DNA of 61,229 nucleotides from Campylobacterales bacterium (GTDB lineage: Bacteria > Campylobacterota > Campylobacteria > Campylobacterales > Nautiliaceae), in the NCBI GenBank assembly GCA_027023105.1, contig JALVWY010000026.1, forward strand, positions 1-61,229, read 5' to 3'. The translations under genes were made by a program, and so were the position numbers. This document shows, piece by piece, positions 48,405 through 60,649 of this stretch. Within the stretch, counting starts at the first letter, position 1. Every line of letters begins with the position of its first letter. Below the pieces are notes generated by a model. It was not told the DNA's origin and searched no databases. It worked only from the letters and a program-made list of their open reading frames with translations.

Positions 48405-48967
48405 TTTTCTCCTTTATATTTAATCCACCATAAAAGCGCAAGTTTTGCCCCCGGTGTTAAAACTATTGTTTCATCAAAAATAAATTTTTCAACTTCACTA
48501 GCTTTAAGTTCAATTACTTCAATATCTTCTTCTTCAAGCCCGCCGCCTTCGTTTACTTTGTCTTTATTTGTAACTTCCACATAATATATAATCTGTCTTG
48601 CCGCATTACTTCCCACACTAGCCCATGTAGCCGTTATTGTTTTTAGTCTGTTTACTTCCACATCATATCCGCACTCTTCTAAAACTTCTTCTTTTGCTAT
48701 TTCTATATTAGGTTTATCTTTATCGCAAAGTCCGGCACAAAGCTCATATGTAAAGCCGTCACTGTTTTTAAGATATACCGGCAGTCTAAACTGCTTAACC
48801 AAAATAACGGAATCTAAATCCTTATCATAAATCAAGATAGAAACACTGTCCATTGAAGAACAGACTTCCCATCGTTTATTTTTATTTTTATATCTATAAA
48901 AAACCTCTTTAAGTTCTAAAAATTTACCTTTGCATAAAGTATTTATTTTTTGAATTTCAATCATCAA
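48401..48967 (-). CDS. Nudix hydrolase (nucleoside-diphosphate-sugar pyrophosphatase type, NudF/NudK-like)
   Basis: 188 aa. Nudix box region AGLCDKDKPNIEIAKEEVLEECGY with the EExxEE catalytic glutamates. 4-nt overlap with the PMM/PGM gene. Confidence 0.8.
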   Translation of the reverse strand: MMIEIQKINTLCKGKFLELKEVFYRYKNKNKRWEVCSSMDSVSILIYDKDLDSVILVKQFRLPVYLKNSDGFTYELCAGLCDKDKPNIEIAKEEVLEECGYDVEVNRLKTITATWASVGSNAARQIIYYVEVTNKDKVNEGGGLEEEDIEVIELKASEVEKFIFDETIVLTPGAKLALLWWIKYKGEK

Positions 48968-49841
48968 ACAGTCCTTTTTCGTCTTTTATATTAAGTTTAA
49001 TTTCAAAATCAATCAAAGCGGCAAAATTAAATTTTTCTTTTAAATATTGTTGATGATTTTTATCTACAATCACCGTATTAGCGTGTTTTGTATATTTAAT
49101 AATATAATTAATTTCATCAAATAAAAATTCATCGTTTTTAAGATTTGTAATCAAAACTTTTTCACTTTTACCATACTCTACTTCTCTAAATTTAGAGTCA
49201 ATAAAAACAGGCTTAAATCTGTCTATTTCAAATTCAAGAGTATATCTAAGATTATTACTTTCAAAAAAATTAAGCGCTTTTGCAAAATTTTCTTTATAAA
49301 TAAAAGGCAGATTAAGTTTTGCCCCCTGAAATTCGGATTTGAATAATGTTTTAAGATTTAATGAAATATCTTTGCTTTTAATTTCCTCAATATTTGCAAA
49401 CATATTTTTAAAATCATCTTTTGAAGTTACTATAAATTTATTATTAAAATTAAGGGCTTTAAGCAAATCTTTCAATTCATCCTCTACAACAACTACATTT
49501 TTTTCATTTGACATAGATTTTATCAAACAAGAAGTGATTTTATCCGTAAGATAAATTTTATTTTTTAAGTTTTCGTATTTAAAAATATTAAAAACAGCCT
49601 TTTTAAAATCATCTACCCTTATCCAGGCAATTTCTTTATCTAAAACAGGCAGTTCTTTATCCGTAATTATTGCATAAGCCCCGTTTTTGACAGCTTCATT
49701 TATAGAATATGTGTCAGTGGCAAAAAAACAGCTTCCCCTGCTTACTTCTTCGCTGTTATCGGTAAAAAACACAACTTCACTTATAAACGGACGGTTTATA
49801 AGCTCGCCGCCCGTTAAATTTACAAGAGTTTCTATTTTCAT
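48957..49841 (-). CDS. Mur-ligase-like protein (MurF N-terminal-domain homologue lacking a P-loop); function unknown
   Basis: 294 aa. The first ~95 aa resemble MurF domain 1 (TDNSEEVSRGSCFFA...INEAVKNGAYAIITDKE...IRVDDFKKAV). Where GxxGKT should follow, the sequence is YLTDKITSCL. About 180 aa shorter than MurF. Confidence 0.5.
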   Translation of the reverse strand: MKIETLVNLTGGELINRPFISEVVFFTDNSEEVSRGSCFFATDTYSINEAVKNGAYAIITDKELPVLDKEIAWIRVDDFKKAVFNIFKYENLKNKIYLTDKITSCLIKSMSNEKNVVVVEDELKDLLKALNFNNKFIVTSKDDFKNMFANIEEIKSKDISLNLKTLFKSEFQGAKLNLPFIYKENFAKALNFFESNNLRYTLEFEIDRFKPVFIDSKFREVEYGKSEKVLITNLKNDEFLFDEINYIIKYTKHANTVIVDKNHQQYLKEKFNFAALIDFEIKLNIKDEKGLFDD

Positions 49842-51745
49842 TATTTTATTGGAGTTCCTACTTTTTTTCTTTTTTCCGGTCTTATTAAATTAAGTCCCTC
49901 ATCATCTTTTGCAGCAAGCAGCATTCCTTCACTCATCATTCCCATAAGTTTTGCAGGTTTAAGATTACTTACCACACAAACCTGAGTTCCTAAAAGCTCA
50001 TCAGGAGAATAATATTCTTTGATTCCGGCGACTATCTGGCGAGGTTTTCCTTCTCCTAAATCAACTTCAAGTCTAAGAAGTTTTTTAGATTTTTTTACTT
50101 CTTCGGCTGCTACAACTTCACCGATTTTAAGCTCAACTTTAAAAAACTCATCAATAGTTATAATATTATCAGGCTCTTTTACAACTTCTTTTTTCTTCAT
50201 TAAAGGTTTTTCTATTTTAGGGAAAAGCGGCGGAATTTTTTCAATAACAAAATCTTCTAAAAGCTCGCCGTCATTAACTTCTTTAAAACTTTTTGTATTA
50301 ATTTCAAAATTTAAAGCCTTGGCTATTTTTGTTGTTGTTTTTGGCATTACAGCATATAAATAAACGGAAGTCATTGCAAGTAAATTAGCGATAAGTCCAA
50401 GAAGAGCCATTGCTTTTTCTTCTTCGCCGTTTTTCATAAGCTCCCACGGTTTATAAACATCAATAGCTTTATTTCCTATTGAAAGAATTTTCCAAAGCTC
50501 TTCAAGAAATTTATGTGTCTGCATTTTCCAAAGATATTTTTCTTCAATAGTCCCTATTATTTCTTTTGCTTCATTTAGTTCGGTAGGATAATATTTTTCT
50601 ACATTTTCACTGGAAATTTTACCATCAAAATATTTATAAGCCATTCCTATGATTCTATTTAGTAAATTTCCTAAATCGTTTCCTAAATCATTATTAATTC
50701 TGTCAATTAAAGCTTTTTCACTAAAATCCCCATCCGCACCAAAAGGCACTTCTCTTAGCATAAAATACCTGAAATTCTCTAACCCGTAAGCATCCGCAAC
50801 CTCTTTTGGATTAATTACATTTCCCTTACTTTTACTCATTTTCTCACCGTCTCTTGTCCACCATCCGTGAGCCGCTATTTTTTTAGGTAATTCATAATCT
50901 ATACTCATTAAAAATGCCGGCCAGTAAACTGCGTGAAATTTAAGAATATCTTTTCCTACTATATGAAGATTTGCAGGCCAATATTTTTGAACCATACTTT
51001 CATCATCGCTTCCGTATCCAAGAGCGGTTAAATAATTAAACAAAGCATCAAGCCATACATAAACGACATGTTTTGGGTCGTTTATCTCTTTTGGCAGTTT
51101 AACCCCCCACTCAAATGAAGTTCTTGTAATTGATAAATCTTTTAGCCCGTCTTCTACAAATCTTATAACTTCATTGGCTTTGGCTTCTGGCAAAATCGGT
51201 TTAGATTCTTTTAACCATTTTAAAATTCTGTCTTGATATTTTGAAAGTTTGAAAAAGTAGCTCTCTTCTTTAATAATTCTGGTAGCCCTTCCGCAATCCG
51301 GGCAAAGTTCATCATTTACAAGCTGCCCCGGTGCTACAAAACTTTCACAGCTTACACAGTAATGCCCCTCATAATAATCTTTATAAATATCCCCTTTTTT
51401 ATACATATCAAGAAATGCCTTTTGCACTCCTTTTATATGTTCAGGGTCTGTGGTTCTTATGAATTTATCATAACTTATTTCAAATTCATCCCAAAGTGCT
51501 TTAAATTTACCGCTTATTTCATCTGCATACTCTTTTGTGCTTTTTTTTCTTTTTTTTGCCGCTTCTTCTATTTTTTGACCGTGCTCGTCCGTTCCTGTTA
51601 AAAAGAAAGTATCAATTCCTTTAAGTCTGCTAAATCTAGCAACAACATCCGCTATAATAGTTGTATAAGCGTGCCCTATATGAGGTATATCATTCACATA
51701 ATAAATAGGTGTTGTCAAATAATATGTTTTACAATTTTCACTCAT
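49841..51745 (-). CDS. metG: methionyl-tRNA synthetase (with C-terminal tRNA-binding domain)
   Basis: 634 aa. HIGH motif (PHIGHAYT), KMSKS, zinc knuckle CVSC...CPDC, and a C-terminal EMAPII/Trbp111-like domain. Confidence 0.96.
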   Translation of the reverse strand: MSENCKTYYLTTPIYYVNDIPHIGHAYTTIIADVVARFSRLKGIDTFFLTGTDEHGQKIEEAAKKRKKSTKEYADEISGKFKALWDEFEISYDKFIRTTDPEHIKGVQKAFLDMYKKGDIYKDYYEGHYCVSCESFVAPGQLVNDELCPDCGRATRIIKEESYFFKLSKYQDRILKWLKESKPILPEAKANEVIRFVEDGLKDLSITRTSFEWGVKLPKEINDPKHVVYVWLDALFNYLTALGYGSDDESMVQKYWPANLHIVGKDILKFHAVYWPAFLMSIDYELPKKIAAHGWWTRDGEKMSKSKGNVINPKEVADAYGLENFRYFMLREVPFGADGDFSEKALIDRINNDLGNDLGNLLNRIIGMAYKYFDGKISSENVEKYYPTELNEAKEIIGTIEEKYLWKMQTHKFLEELWKILSIGNKAIDVYKPWELMKNGEEEKAMALLGLIANLLAMTSVYLYAVMPKTTTKIAKALNFEINTKSFKEVNDGELLEDFVIEKIPPLFPKIEKPLMKKKEVVKEPDNIITIDEFFKVELKIGEVVAAEEVKKSKKLLRLEVDLGEGKPRQIVAGIKEYYSPDELLGTQVCVVSNLKPAKLMGMMSEGMLLAAKDDEGLNLIRPEKRKKVGTPIK

Positions 51746-52587
51746 TTTTGTCCCTTATATACTTCTTTTACTCTTTTGATTTCATATTCGCTTCCAAAAA
51801 AACAAGGAGTTGTGTCATGAGGATGTTTTGTTTCAAGCTCGAGCAAATCATTTTCCCCGTCTATTGCAAAACCTCCCGCTTTTTTATATACATAGGCAAA
51901 CGGAAATACTTCAAAAAGTTTTCTTAATTTTCCTTTTGGTTTATCTTCAGCCCCCGGATATGCAAAAAGACCTCCTCCTTTTAACAAAATCTGATGCAAA
52001 TCAGGGACCATTCCGCCTGAATATCTAAGTCTGTAACCTTCCATAAACAAATCGTCAATCATTTTTTTGTGATAAGGATACCAATATTTTTGAGTTCCTC
52101 CAGGTCCTAAAATTTTACCTTTTTTATCTAAATTTATCTCTTTTACAAATTCAAACTCTTTGGTTTTTTCATTAAGTCTAAACATTTCCACAATATCTCT
52201 TGCCACAACAAGTTCAACTCTCGGACCATATACAATATACCCGCTAGCCACTATATTTTCTCCGTTATATCCGTTTTCATAAATTCCGAAAATCGTTCCT
52301 ACACTTAAATCAACATCAATCAAGCTGCTTCCGTCAAGCGGGTCATACGCTACTAAATATTTCCCTTCGTTTTTACTCACGGCAGATTCTTTTTCTTCGC
52401 TTATAATTTCTTTTACACTAGGTAAGTTTAAAAGATGCTTTTCTACAATTTCATCGCTTATTACATCAAGTTTTGCCTGAATATCACCGCTTGAGTTTTG
52501 AGTTTCTACTTTTCCCGTATCTTTTGTTTTTATAGCTTCGCTTATTTCAATAGCTATTTTTTTAAAACTGTCAATAATTTCTGTCAT
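51742..52587 (-). CDS. fbp: fructose-1,6-bisphosphatase, class 1
   Basis: 281 aa. YDPLDGSS metal-binding motif and RYSGGMVPD. Confidence 0.9.
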   Translation of the reverse strand: MTEIIDSFKKIAIEISEAIKTKDTGKVETQNSSGDIQAKLDVISDEIVEKHLLNLPSVKEIISEEKESAVSKNEGKYLVAYDPLDGSSLIDVDLSVGTIFGIYENGYNGENIVASGYIVYGPRVELVVARDIVEMFRLNEKTKEFEFVKEINLDKKGKILGPGGTQKYWYPYHKKMIDDLFMEGYRLRYSGGMVPDLHQILLKGGGLFAYPGAEDKPKGKLRKLFEVFPFAYVYKKAGGFAIDGENDLLELETKHPHDTTPCFFGSEYEIKRVKEVYKGQK

Positions 52588-52596
52588 TTTTTCTCC

Positions 52597-53082
52597 TTAT
52601 ATGTCAGTAGAGTTTTTTAAAACCCACTCTATTATTTCATCTGTATTATTTAAATCAAGAATTTCTATATTTGAAGGAATTTCATCTTTTTTGATAGTAT
52701 TATCAATCGCTACAGCTTTTACATATCTAAAATAACTTTCATCAATTTCACCTCTAAAAATTCCAATTCTAGGAAGCGGCAGATATTTTAACCCTTCTAC
52801 AAGCAAAATATCAAAATCATTTACCATATCAACTATTTCATCAAGAGATTTTTGACGATGTGAAAAATAAGTCGTTCTTGTAGGAGAAGTCACAACAACT
52901 TCCGCCCCCGTGGCAAAAAATTTATAGCTGTCTTTTCCTTCTTTATCAAACCGGGCTTTATCTCCCGGATCGTTTTTGATAACTGCTATTTTATAAGAGC
53001 TTATAAGTCTTTTTGCTATTTTTTCTATAAGAGTAGTCTTTCCGGAATTACTCGGACCTGTAAATGCAACTGCTTTTCTCAA
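52597..53082 (-). CDS. mobB: molybdopterin-guanine dinucleotide biosynthesis adaptor MobB
   Basis: 161 aa. Walker A GPSNSGKTT; MobB size. Confidence 0.85.
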   Translation of the reverse strand: MRKAVAFTGPSNSGKTTLIEKIAKRLISSYKIAVIKNDPGDKARFDKEGKDSYKFFATGAEVVVTSPTRTTYFSHRQKSLDEIVDMVNDFDILLVEGLKYLPLPRIGIFRGEIDESYFRYVKAVAIDNTIKKDEIPSNIEILDLNNTDEIIEWVLKNSTDI

Positions 53083-53113
53083 GTTTTACCTTTTTTGACA
53101 TAATTTTATCAAA

Positions 53114-55324
53114 TTATTCGTTTTTAAAGTAGTTCTCTTCTATTTTTTGTGCGGGAAGAGGTTTGGAATAATAATATCCTTGGATATAATCAACTCCTTT
53201 TTCAAAAACAAAATCTTTTTGTCTTTCATCTTCCACACCCTCGGCTATAAGTTTAAGATTCAAAATTTTAGCCGTTTGGATAACAATTTCCGTTAATGCC
53301 ACATCATCTTTATTGTCAGGAATACCGTCTATAAAACTTTTATCAATTTTTAATTTATCAATAGGAAGAGTTTTGAGTTTTATAAAATTAGAATATCCTG
53401 TCCCGAAATCATCAAGAGAAATAGTTATACCCAACTTTTTGACATTTTGCAATGTTGCTTCAACTGTTTTGGTATCTTGCATTATACTCTCTTCCGTTAT
53501 TTCAATTCCAAAATAAGTAGTATCAAAATTATATTTGTTTATAAGATTTTTAAGTTGTTTAATAAACTCCTCATCTTCTAACTGCTGCATAGTCGTATTA
53601 CAAGAGACCACTCCTGGATTGTAACCGTTTTTAAGCCACTCTTTTATCTGAATCATAACTTTTTGTATTGTCATTAAATCAATATCTTTAATCATACCTT
53701 CATTAATGGCAACAGGCAAAAACTCCGCAGGAGAAATAAGCCCTTTTATAGGATGATTCCATCTGATTAAAGCTTCCATTCCGGCAAGTTTACCGTTTTT
53801 GTCAATTTGAGGCTGATAATAAACTTCAAGTTCATCAAATTTTTTATCTTCTATCATTCTTTTAAGAGAATTTTTTATTTCCATATATTTTTTTATTTTT
53901 TCATCTATTTCTTTATTATAAAATGCTATTTTTATACTTTCATATTTAACATTATAAGCACTCATAGAAGCTTTGTTTACCAAATCGTCAAAACTTTCTC
54001 CGTCTTTTTTATTAAAAGCAATACCGATTCTCACAGAAGGAAAAATTTCAATATCTTCAAATTTAAGTGTTTTTGTAAGAGAATTGTTAATTCTATAAAC
54101 TAATTTGTCAATCTCAAATTTTGTTTTGTATCTGGCAAGCACAATAAATTCATCAATTTTCCCTTTTCCGATAATATCGCTGTTTTTTACTATATTTTTA
54201 AGTTTAGAAGTAAAATTTTTGATAATATCATTACCTATTTTATTTCCGTATATTTCATTAATATTTTTAAATTTATTTATATCAATATCAATAATCGCAA
54301 TTTTTTCATCTTTATATTTTTCAAATTTTCTTTTTAAACATTTTCTGTTTAAAAGATTTGTAAGTTCGTCAAAACACTCTTTTTGCTCCTTTTCTTTTTG
54401 TAAAGCCGATATCTTTTTATCATATTTTTTGAATCCTTCTATAATTTTTTTAGATACGAAATAAGCTACAAAGGATATAATCAAAAATAAAATTATCAAA
54501 AACAATATCAGTTTTTTTAATAACATTGAAAGTAAATATTGTTTTTTTTGTTCTATTTTCTGTAGTTGTTTATTTAAATTATAAATATAAATCCCACTTC
54601 CTATAGTTAAATCAAAATTCTTATCATAAACCATAAAAGAGATTTTTTTAGTTGGTTTACCCAAAGGATTATATGCTAAATATTCAACATAAGTTCCATT
54701 TGGATGTGATATGGCAGCGTTTATTAATTTTCTTATAATAAAAACACCGTGTCTTTTTAAATTCCATCTGTTTTTACCGATAAAGTTTTTATTTATATGA
54801 TAATAACAAATTCCTTTACTATCAAAAACAAACAGATATCCCCTTTTTCCCCATCTAAAGCTGTCAAATAAAACGGCAATATCTTTTTTTATCTCTTTTT
54901 TAATATATTTTGTATTTTCAAAGACATAATAATATTTATTCCCTATTTTTTTAGAAGCAACAATATAGCTTTTATTCAAATGAATAGGATTTTGTGAAAT
55001 TTTTATATGAATAAATCCATCAAAATCAATAGGTCTGTTTTGACTTGTAAGTAAAAGATTTAAAATATCCTCTAATCTTTCTTTTTCTTTTTTTACATCA
55101 AGAGCATATAAATTATTAAGAAGTTTTAAAGCTGATTCAACTCTTTGTTTGGTAGTAAGTTTTAAATCTTTATAAAATTCGTTTTTGACAGTCTTTTTTT
55201 CTTGTTTGTAATAATTTTGAAAAGTAATTTCAATAATTGCAAATGTAAAAATCATAGATATCAAAATAATAAAAATAGGAAAATAAAGCATCAACTTCCG
55301 ATAAAGATTATATTTTTTTTCCAT
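53114..55324 (-). CDS. membrane sensor: periplasmic Cache-like domain, degenerate GGDEF, intact EAL (c-di-GMP phosphodiesterase type)
   Basis: 736 aa. Two TM helices flank a ~230-aa periplasmic region with a Cache-type signature (RGYLFVFDSKGICYYHINKNFIGKN). The GGDEF site reads GKIDEF. EAL motifs are present: EALIRW, EITE, DDFGTGYS, KIDKSF, EGVE, QGYYYSKP. Confidence 0.85.
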   Translation of the reverse strand: MEKKYNLYRKLMLYFPIFIILISMIFTFAIIEITFQNYYKQEKKTVKNEFYKDLKLTTKQRVESALKLLNNLYALDVKKEKERLEDILNLLLTSQNRPIDFDGFIHIKISQNPIHLNKSYIVASKKIGNKYYYVFENTKYIKKEIKKDIAVLFDSFRWGKRGYLFVFDSKGICYYHINKNFIGKNRWNLKRHGVFIIRKLINAAISHPNGTYVEYLAYNPLGKPTKKISFMVYDKNFDLTIGSGIYIYNLNKQLQKIEQKKQYLLSMLLKKLILFLIILFLIISFVAYFVSKKIIEGFKKYDKKISALQKEKEQKECFDELTNLLNRKCLKRKFEKYKDEKIAIIDIDINKFKNINEIYGNKIGNDIIKNFTSKLKNIVKNSDIIGKGKIDEFIVLARYKTKFEIDKLVYRINNSLTKTLKFEDIEIFPSVRIGIAFNKKDGESFDDLVNKASMSAYNVKYESIKIAFYNKEIDEKIKKYMEIKNSLKRMIEDKKFDELEVYYQPQIDKNGKLAGMEALIRWNHPIKGLISPAEFLPVAINEGMIKDIDLMTIQKVMIQIKEWLKNGYNPGVVSCNTTMQQLEDEEFIKQLKNLINKYNFDTTYFGIEITEESIMQDTKTVEATLQNVKKLGITISLDDFGTGYSNFIKLKTLPIDKLKIDKSFIDGIPDNKDDVALTEIVIQTAKILNLKLIAEGVEDERQKDFVFEKGVDYIQGYYYSKPLPAQKIEENYFKNE

Positions 55325-55345
55325 CTTTTTCTCTTTTTTTATTAC

Positions 55346-55374
55346 ATAATATCATATATTTAGCTCTGAGTCAA
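55346..55374 (-). promoter_or_regulatory. sigma70-type promoter for the GGDEF-EAL gene (TTGACT-17 nt-TGaTATTAT)
   Basis: Minus strand reads aaTTGACTcagagctaaatataTGaTATTATgtaataaaaaaagagaaaaagATG. The -35 is at 55369-55374, the -10 at 55346-55351, and the spacer is 17 nt. Confidence 0.45.
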
Positions 55375-55386
55375 TTAATAAACCGG

Positions 55387-56067
55387 TTATTGTAATACAC
55401 CGCTTGCTTTTTGAATAACAGGAACAAATTCCTCTTTTTTATAAACTTTTCCGCCCATACTGCCTAAATGCTCGCTTGGAACCTGACAGTCAATATATTC
55501 AACCCCGTTTTGTCTTAAAACATCACAAAAATAAATCAAAGCCAGTTTTGAAGCATCTGATTTTAAATAAAACATACTCTCTCCGCTGAAATATTTATTA
55601 ATGGCAACCCCGTAAAATCCTCCGACAAGCTCCCCTTCATAATAACTTTCAACTGAAAGAGCAAACCCTAATTTATGTAATTGGGTGTAAGAATTTATAA
55701 ATTCATTATTTATCCATGTCCCGTCTTCTTGCTTTCTTTTGACTTTTGAACAGTTTTTTATAACCTCATCAAAATTTTCATTTATTTTAAATTCCCATTT
55801 TTTGCTTCTAAGTTTTTTAAGCAGTTTTTTTGTTGTTTTAACTTCATTAGTTTTTAAAAGCATTCTTTTATCCAAAATAAACCAGTGAAAAAGCCCTTCA
55901 TCATCCTGATACCATGGGAAAAAACCGTTTGAATATCCTTCAAGAAGTCTTTTTGGATGCAAATCATAACTAGCCCCTATAAATCCGTCTTCAAATTCTT
56001 CATAAGGGGAAGGAAAAGAGTAATCATCCAAAAGATATAAAGGGGGATTTTCATTTACTTTTATCAT
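55387..56067 (-). CDS. aat: leucyl/phenylalanyl-tRNA--protein transferase
   Basis: 226 aa. LLEGYSNGFFPWY and GESMF motifs. Confidence 0.9.
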   Translation of the reverse strand: MIKVNENPPLYLLDDYSFPSPYEEFEDGFIGASYDLHPKRLLEGYSNGFFPWYQDDEGLFHWFILDKRMLLKTNEVKTTKKLLKKLRSKKWEFKINENFDEVIKNCSKVKRKQEDGTWINNEFINSYTQLHKLGFALSVESYYEGELVGGFYGVAINKYFSGESMFYLKSDASKLALIYFCDVLRQNGVEYIDCQVPSEHLGSMGGKVYKKEEFVPVIQKASGVLQ

Positions 56068-58237
56068 TTTTTTTCTTTAAATTAAATTCACCTTTTACAT
56101 AATCTATTTTTATATCTCCACCGTTTTTAAGCTCCCCAAACAAAATTTCATCGCTTAAAGGCTCTACTATATTCTCTTCTATAATTCTTGCAAGAGGTCT
56201 TGCCCCGAATGAAGGAGAATATCCTTTTTTTGCAAGTGCATCTTTTGCTCTTTTTGTAAGAGATATTTTTACTTTTTTGTTATTTAATCTTTCTTGAAGC
56301 TCATCAATAAATTTATCAACCACCATCAAGACAGATTCTTTACTTAGAGGTTTAAATCTAACAACGCTATCCAACCTATTTAAAAATTCCGGTGCAAAAA
56401 ACCTGTGAATCGCCTCTTCTTTAAATTCACTCATCTCTTGCATAAATCCTGGCGTATTACCTTCTCCAACTCCAAGGTTACTTGTCATTATTAAAACAAC
56501 ATTTCTAAAATCGGCCTTTCTGCCGTCATTATCAGTTAATGTCGCATTATCCATAACCTGAAGTAAAACTTGCACAATATCCGGATGGGCTTTTTCTATT
56601 TCATCAAGTAATAAAACCGTATGAGGCTGTTTTCTAATAGCTTCTGTTAAAATCCCTCCTTTTTCATATCCTACATAGCCGGGAGGCGAGCCTATAAGTT
56701 TTGCAACTGAGTGTTTTTCTTGATATTCACTCATATCAAATCTCAAAAAGTTTATTCCGAAAATTGAAGCTAATTGTTTTGCAATTTCCGTTTTTCCAAC
56801 TCCTGTAGGTCCTACGAATAAAAAGCTCCCTATCGGTTTATCTTCACGGGTTAGACCGGCTTTTTTTCTTTTTATAACTTTTACAAGCTCTTTTATGGCT
56901 TTTTCTTGACCAAATACTTTTTTATTCAGATTTTCTTCAAGATTTCTAAGTTTTTCAATTTCATTGCCAGTTGCATTTTCTTTTGGAATATTGGCAATAT
57001 GAGCCACAATCCCTTCTATATCGCTTTTTGTTATAAGTTTTTTGCCTCTAATTTTATATTTAGCCCCCGCTTCATCAATCAAATCAATGGCACTGTCTGG
57101 CAAAAACTTTTCTCTTAAATATTTTTTAGCCAAAATTGCCGCATTTTTAATTGCTTCTTCCGAATATCTTACTTTATGGAACTCTTCATATTTAGGTTTA
57201 AGACCTTTTAGAATTTTTATTGTGTCTTCAATCCCGGGCTCTTTTATATCTATTTTTTGAAATCTTCTGTTAAGCGCCCTGTCTTTTTCAAAATGATTTT
57301 TATACTCTTCATATGTCGTAGCACCGATACATCTGATTTCGCCTTTTGCCAAAGCCGGTTTTAGGATATTTGCCACATCCATTTTACTGTCCCCCGCAGC
57401 TCCTGCCCCTACTATCATATGAATTTCATCTATAAATAAAATAGGCTCGTTTTCTTTTTTAAGCTCTTTTAAAACATTCTTTATTCTTTTTTCAAATTCA
57501 CCTCTGTATTTTGTCCCTGCAATAAGACTTCCCATATCAAGTGAATATATCTTTTTGTCTTTCAAAATCTGAGGCACTTTTTTTGTAGCTATTTTTTTGG
57601 CAAGTCCTTCTACTATTGCCGTTTTACCTACTCCCGCTTCGCCTATTAATACGGGATTATTCTTTTTTCTCCTTGCCAAAATCTGAATTACTCTGTCTAT
57701 TTCTTTTTCTCTGCCTATAACATCATCAAAACTCAAAGCCTCTTTTGTAAGCTCGGTTGTAAATTCTTCAAGAGTTGATTCTTTATCCTTAAGCCCTTCT
57801 ATCTCTTTTTCTATATCTTTGATTTCCGTAACATATTCCACTATTTCAATCTTTTCTATTCCAAATTCTTTTAAAAGCTGAGATGTATAACTTGTTTCAT
57901 CTTCAAGTAAAGAGATAAAAAAATCAATCTCATCAGCCACCGGTTTTTTAATTCCTTCCAAATGATTTATCATTCTTTCAGTCGCCCTGTGAAACGACAT
58001 AGTTTCACTCGGATTTACTTCTACGGGAACTTTTTCCATATATCTGTCAAGATAATAATCAAGCCCCCGTCTTAAATAATCAACATCCACTCCGACATCT
58101 TCTAAAATTTCCCTGATATCTTTGTTTTTCAATAAAATATAAAATGCATGGTCTATTGTAATATATTCGTTTTTTCTGAATTTTGTTTCATTTATAATAT
58201 CAGCTAATATCTTTCTTAAATTTTCAGTTATATTCAT
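56051..58237 (-). CDS. clpA: ATP-dependent Clp protease ATP-binding subunit ClpA
   Basis: 728 aa. Two AAA+ modules (GEAGVGKT and GPTGVGKT). No middle coiled coil, so ClpA rather than ClpB. Confidence 0.95.
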   Translation of the reverse strand: MNITENLRKILADIINETKFRKNEYITIDHAFYILLKNKDIREILEDVGVDVDYLRRGLDYYLDRYMEKVPVEVNPSETMSFHRATERMINHLEGIKKPVADEIDFFISLLEDETSYTSQLLKEFGIEKIEIVEYVTEIKDIEKEIEGLKDKESTLEEFTTELTKEALSFDDVIGREKEIDRVIQILARRKKNNPVLIGEAGVGKTAIVEGLAKKIATKKVPQILKDKKIYSLDMGSLIAGTKYRGEFEKRIKNVLKELKKENEPILFIDEIHMIVGAGAAGDSKMDVANILKPALAKGEIRCIGATTYEEYKNHFEKDRALNRRFQKIDIKEPGIEDTIKILKGLKPKYEEFHKVRYSEEAIKNAAILAKKYLREKFLPDSAIDLIDEAGAKYKIRGKKLITKSDIEGIVAHIANIPKENATGNEIEKLRNLEENLNKKVFGQEKAIKELVKVIKRKKAGLTREDKPIGSFLFVGPTGVGKTEIAKQLASIFGINFLRFDMSEYQEKHSVAKLIGSPPGYVGYEKGGILTEAIRKQPHTVLLLDEIEKAHPDIVQVLLQVMDNATLTDNDGRKADFRNVVLIMTSNLGVGEGNTPGFMQEMSEFKEEAIHRFFAPEFLNRLDSVVRFKPLSKESVLMVVDKFIDELQERLNNKKVKISLTKRAKDALAKKGYSPSFGARPLARIIEENIVEPLSDEILFGELKNGGDIKIDYVKGEFNLKKKNDKSK

Positions 58238-60618
<2,381 letters not shown>

Positions 60619-60619
<1 letters not shown>

Positions 60620-60649
60620 TAAACTTTAGTGAAACAAACTAAAGTTTAT
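60619..60649 (-). terminator. perfect 12-bp inverted repeat (hairpin/terminator candidate) at the end of the GNAT remnant
   Basis: ATAAACTTTAGT-gaaacaa-ACTAAAGTTTAT. The 5' arm on the minus strand contains the TAA stop of the 60646..60921 ORF. It is followed by a moderately U-rich sequence and abuts the ligA -35 box. Confidence 0.45.
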
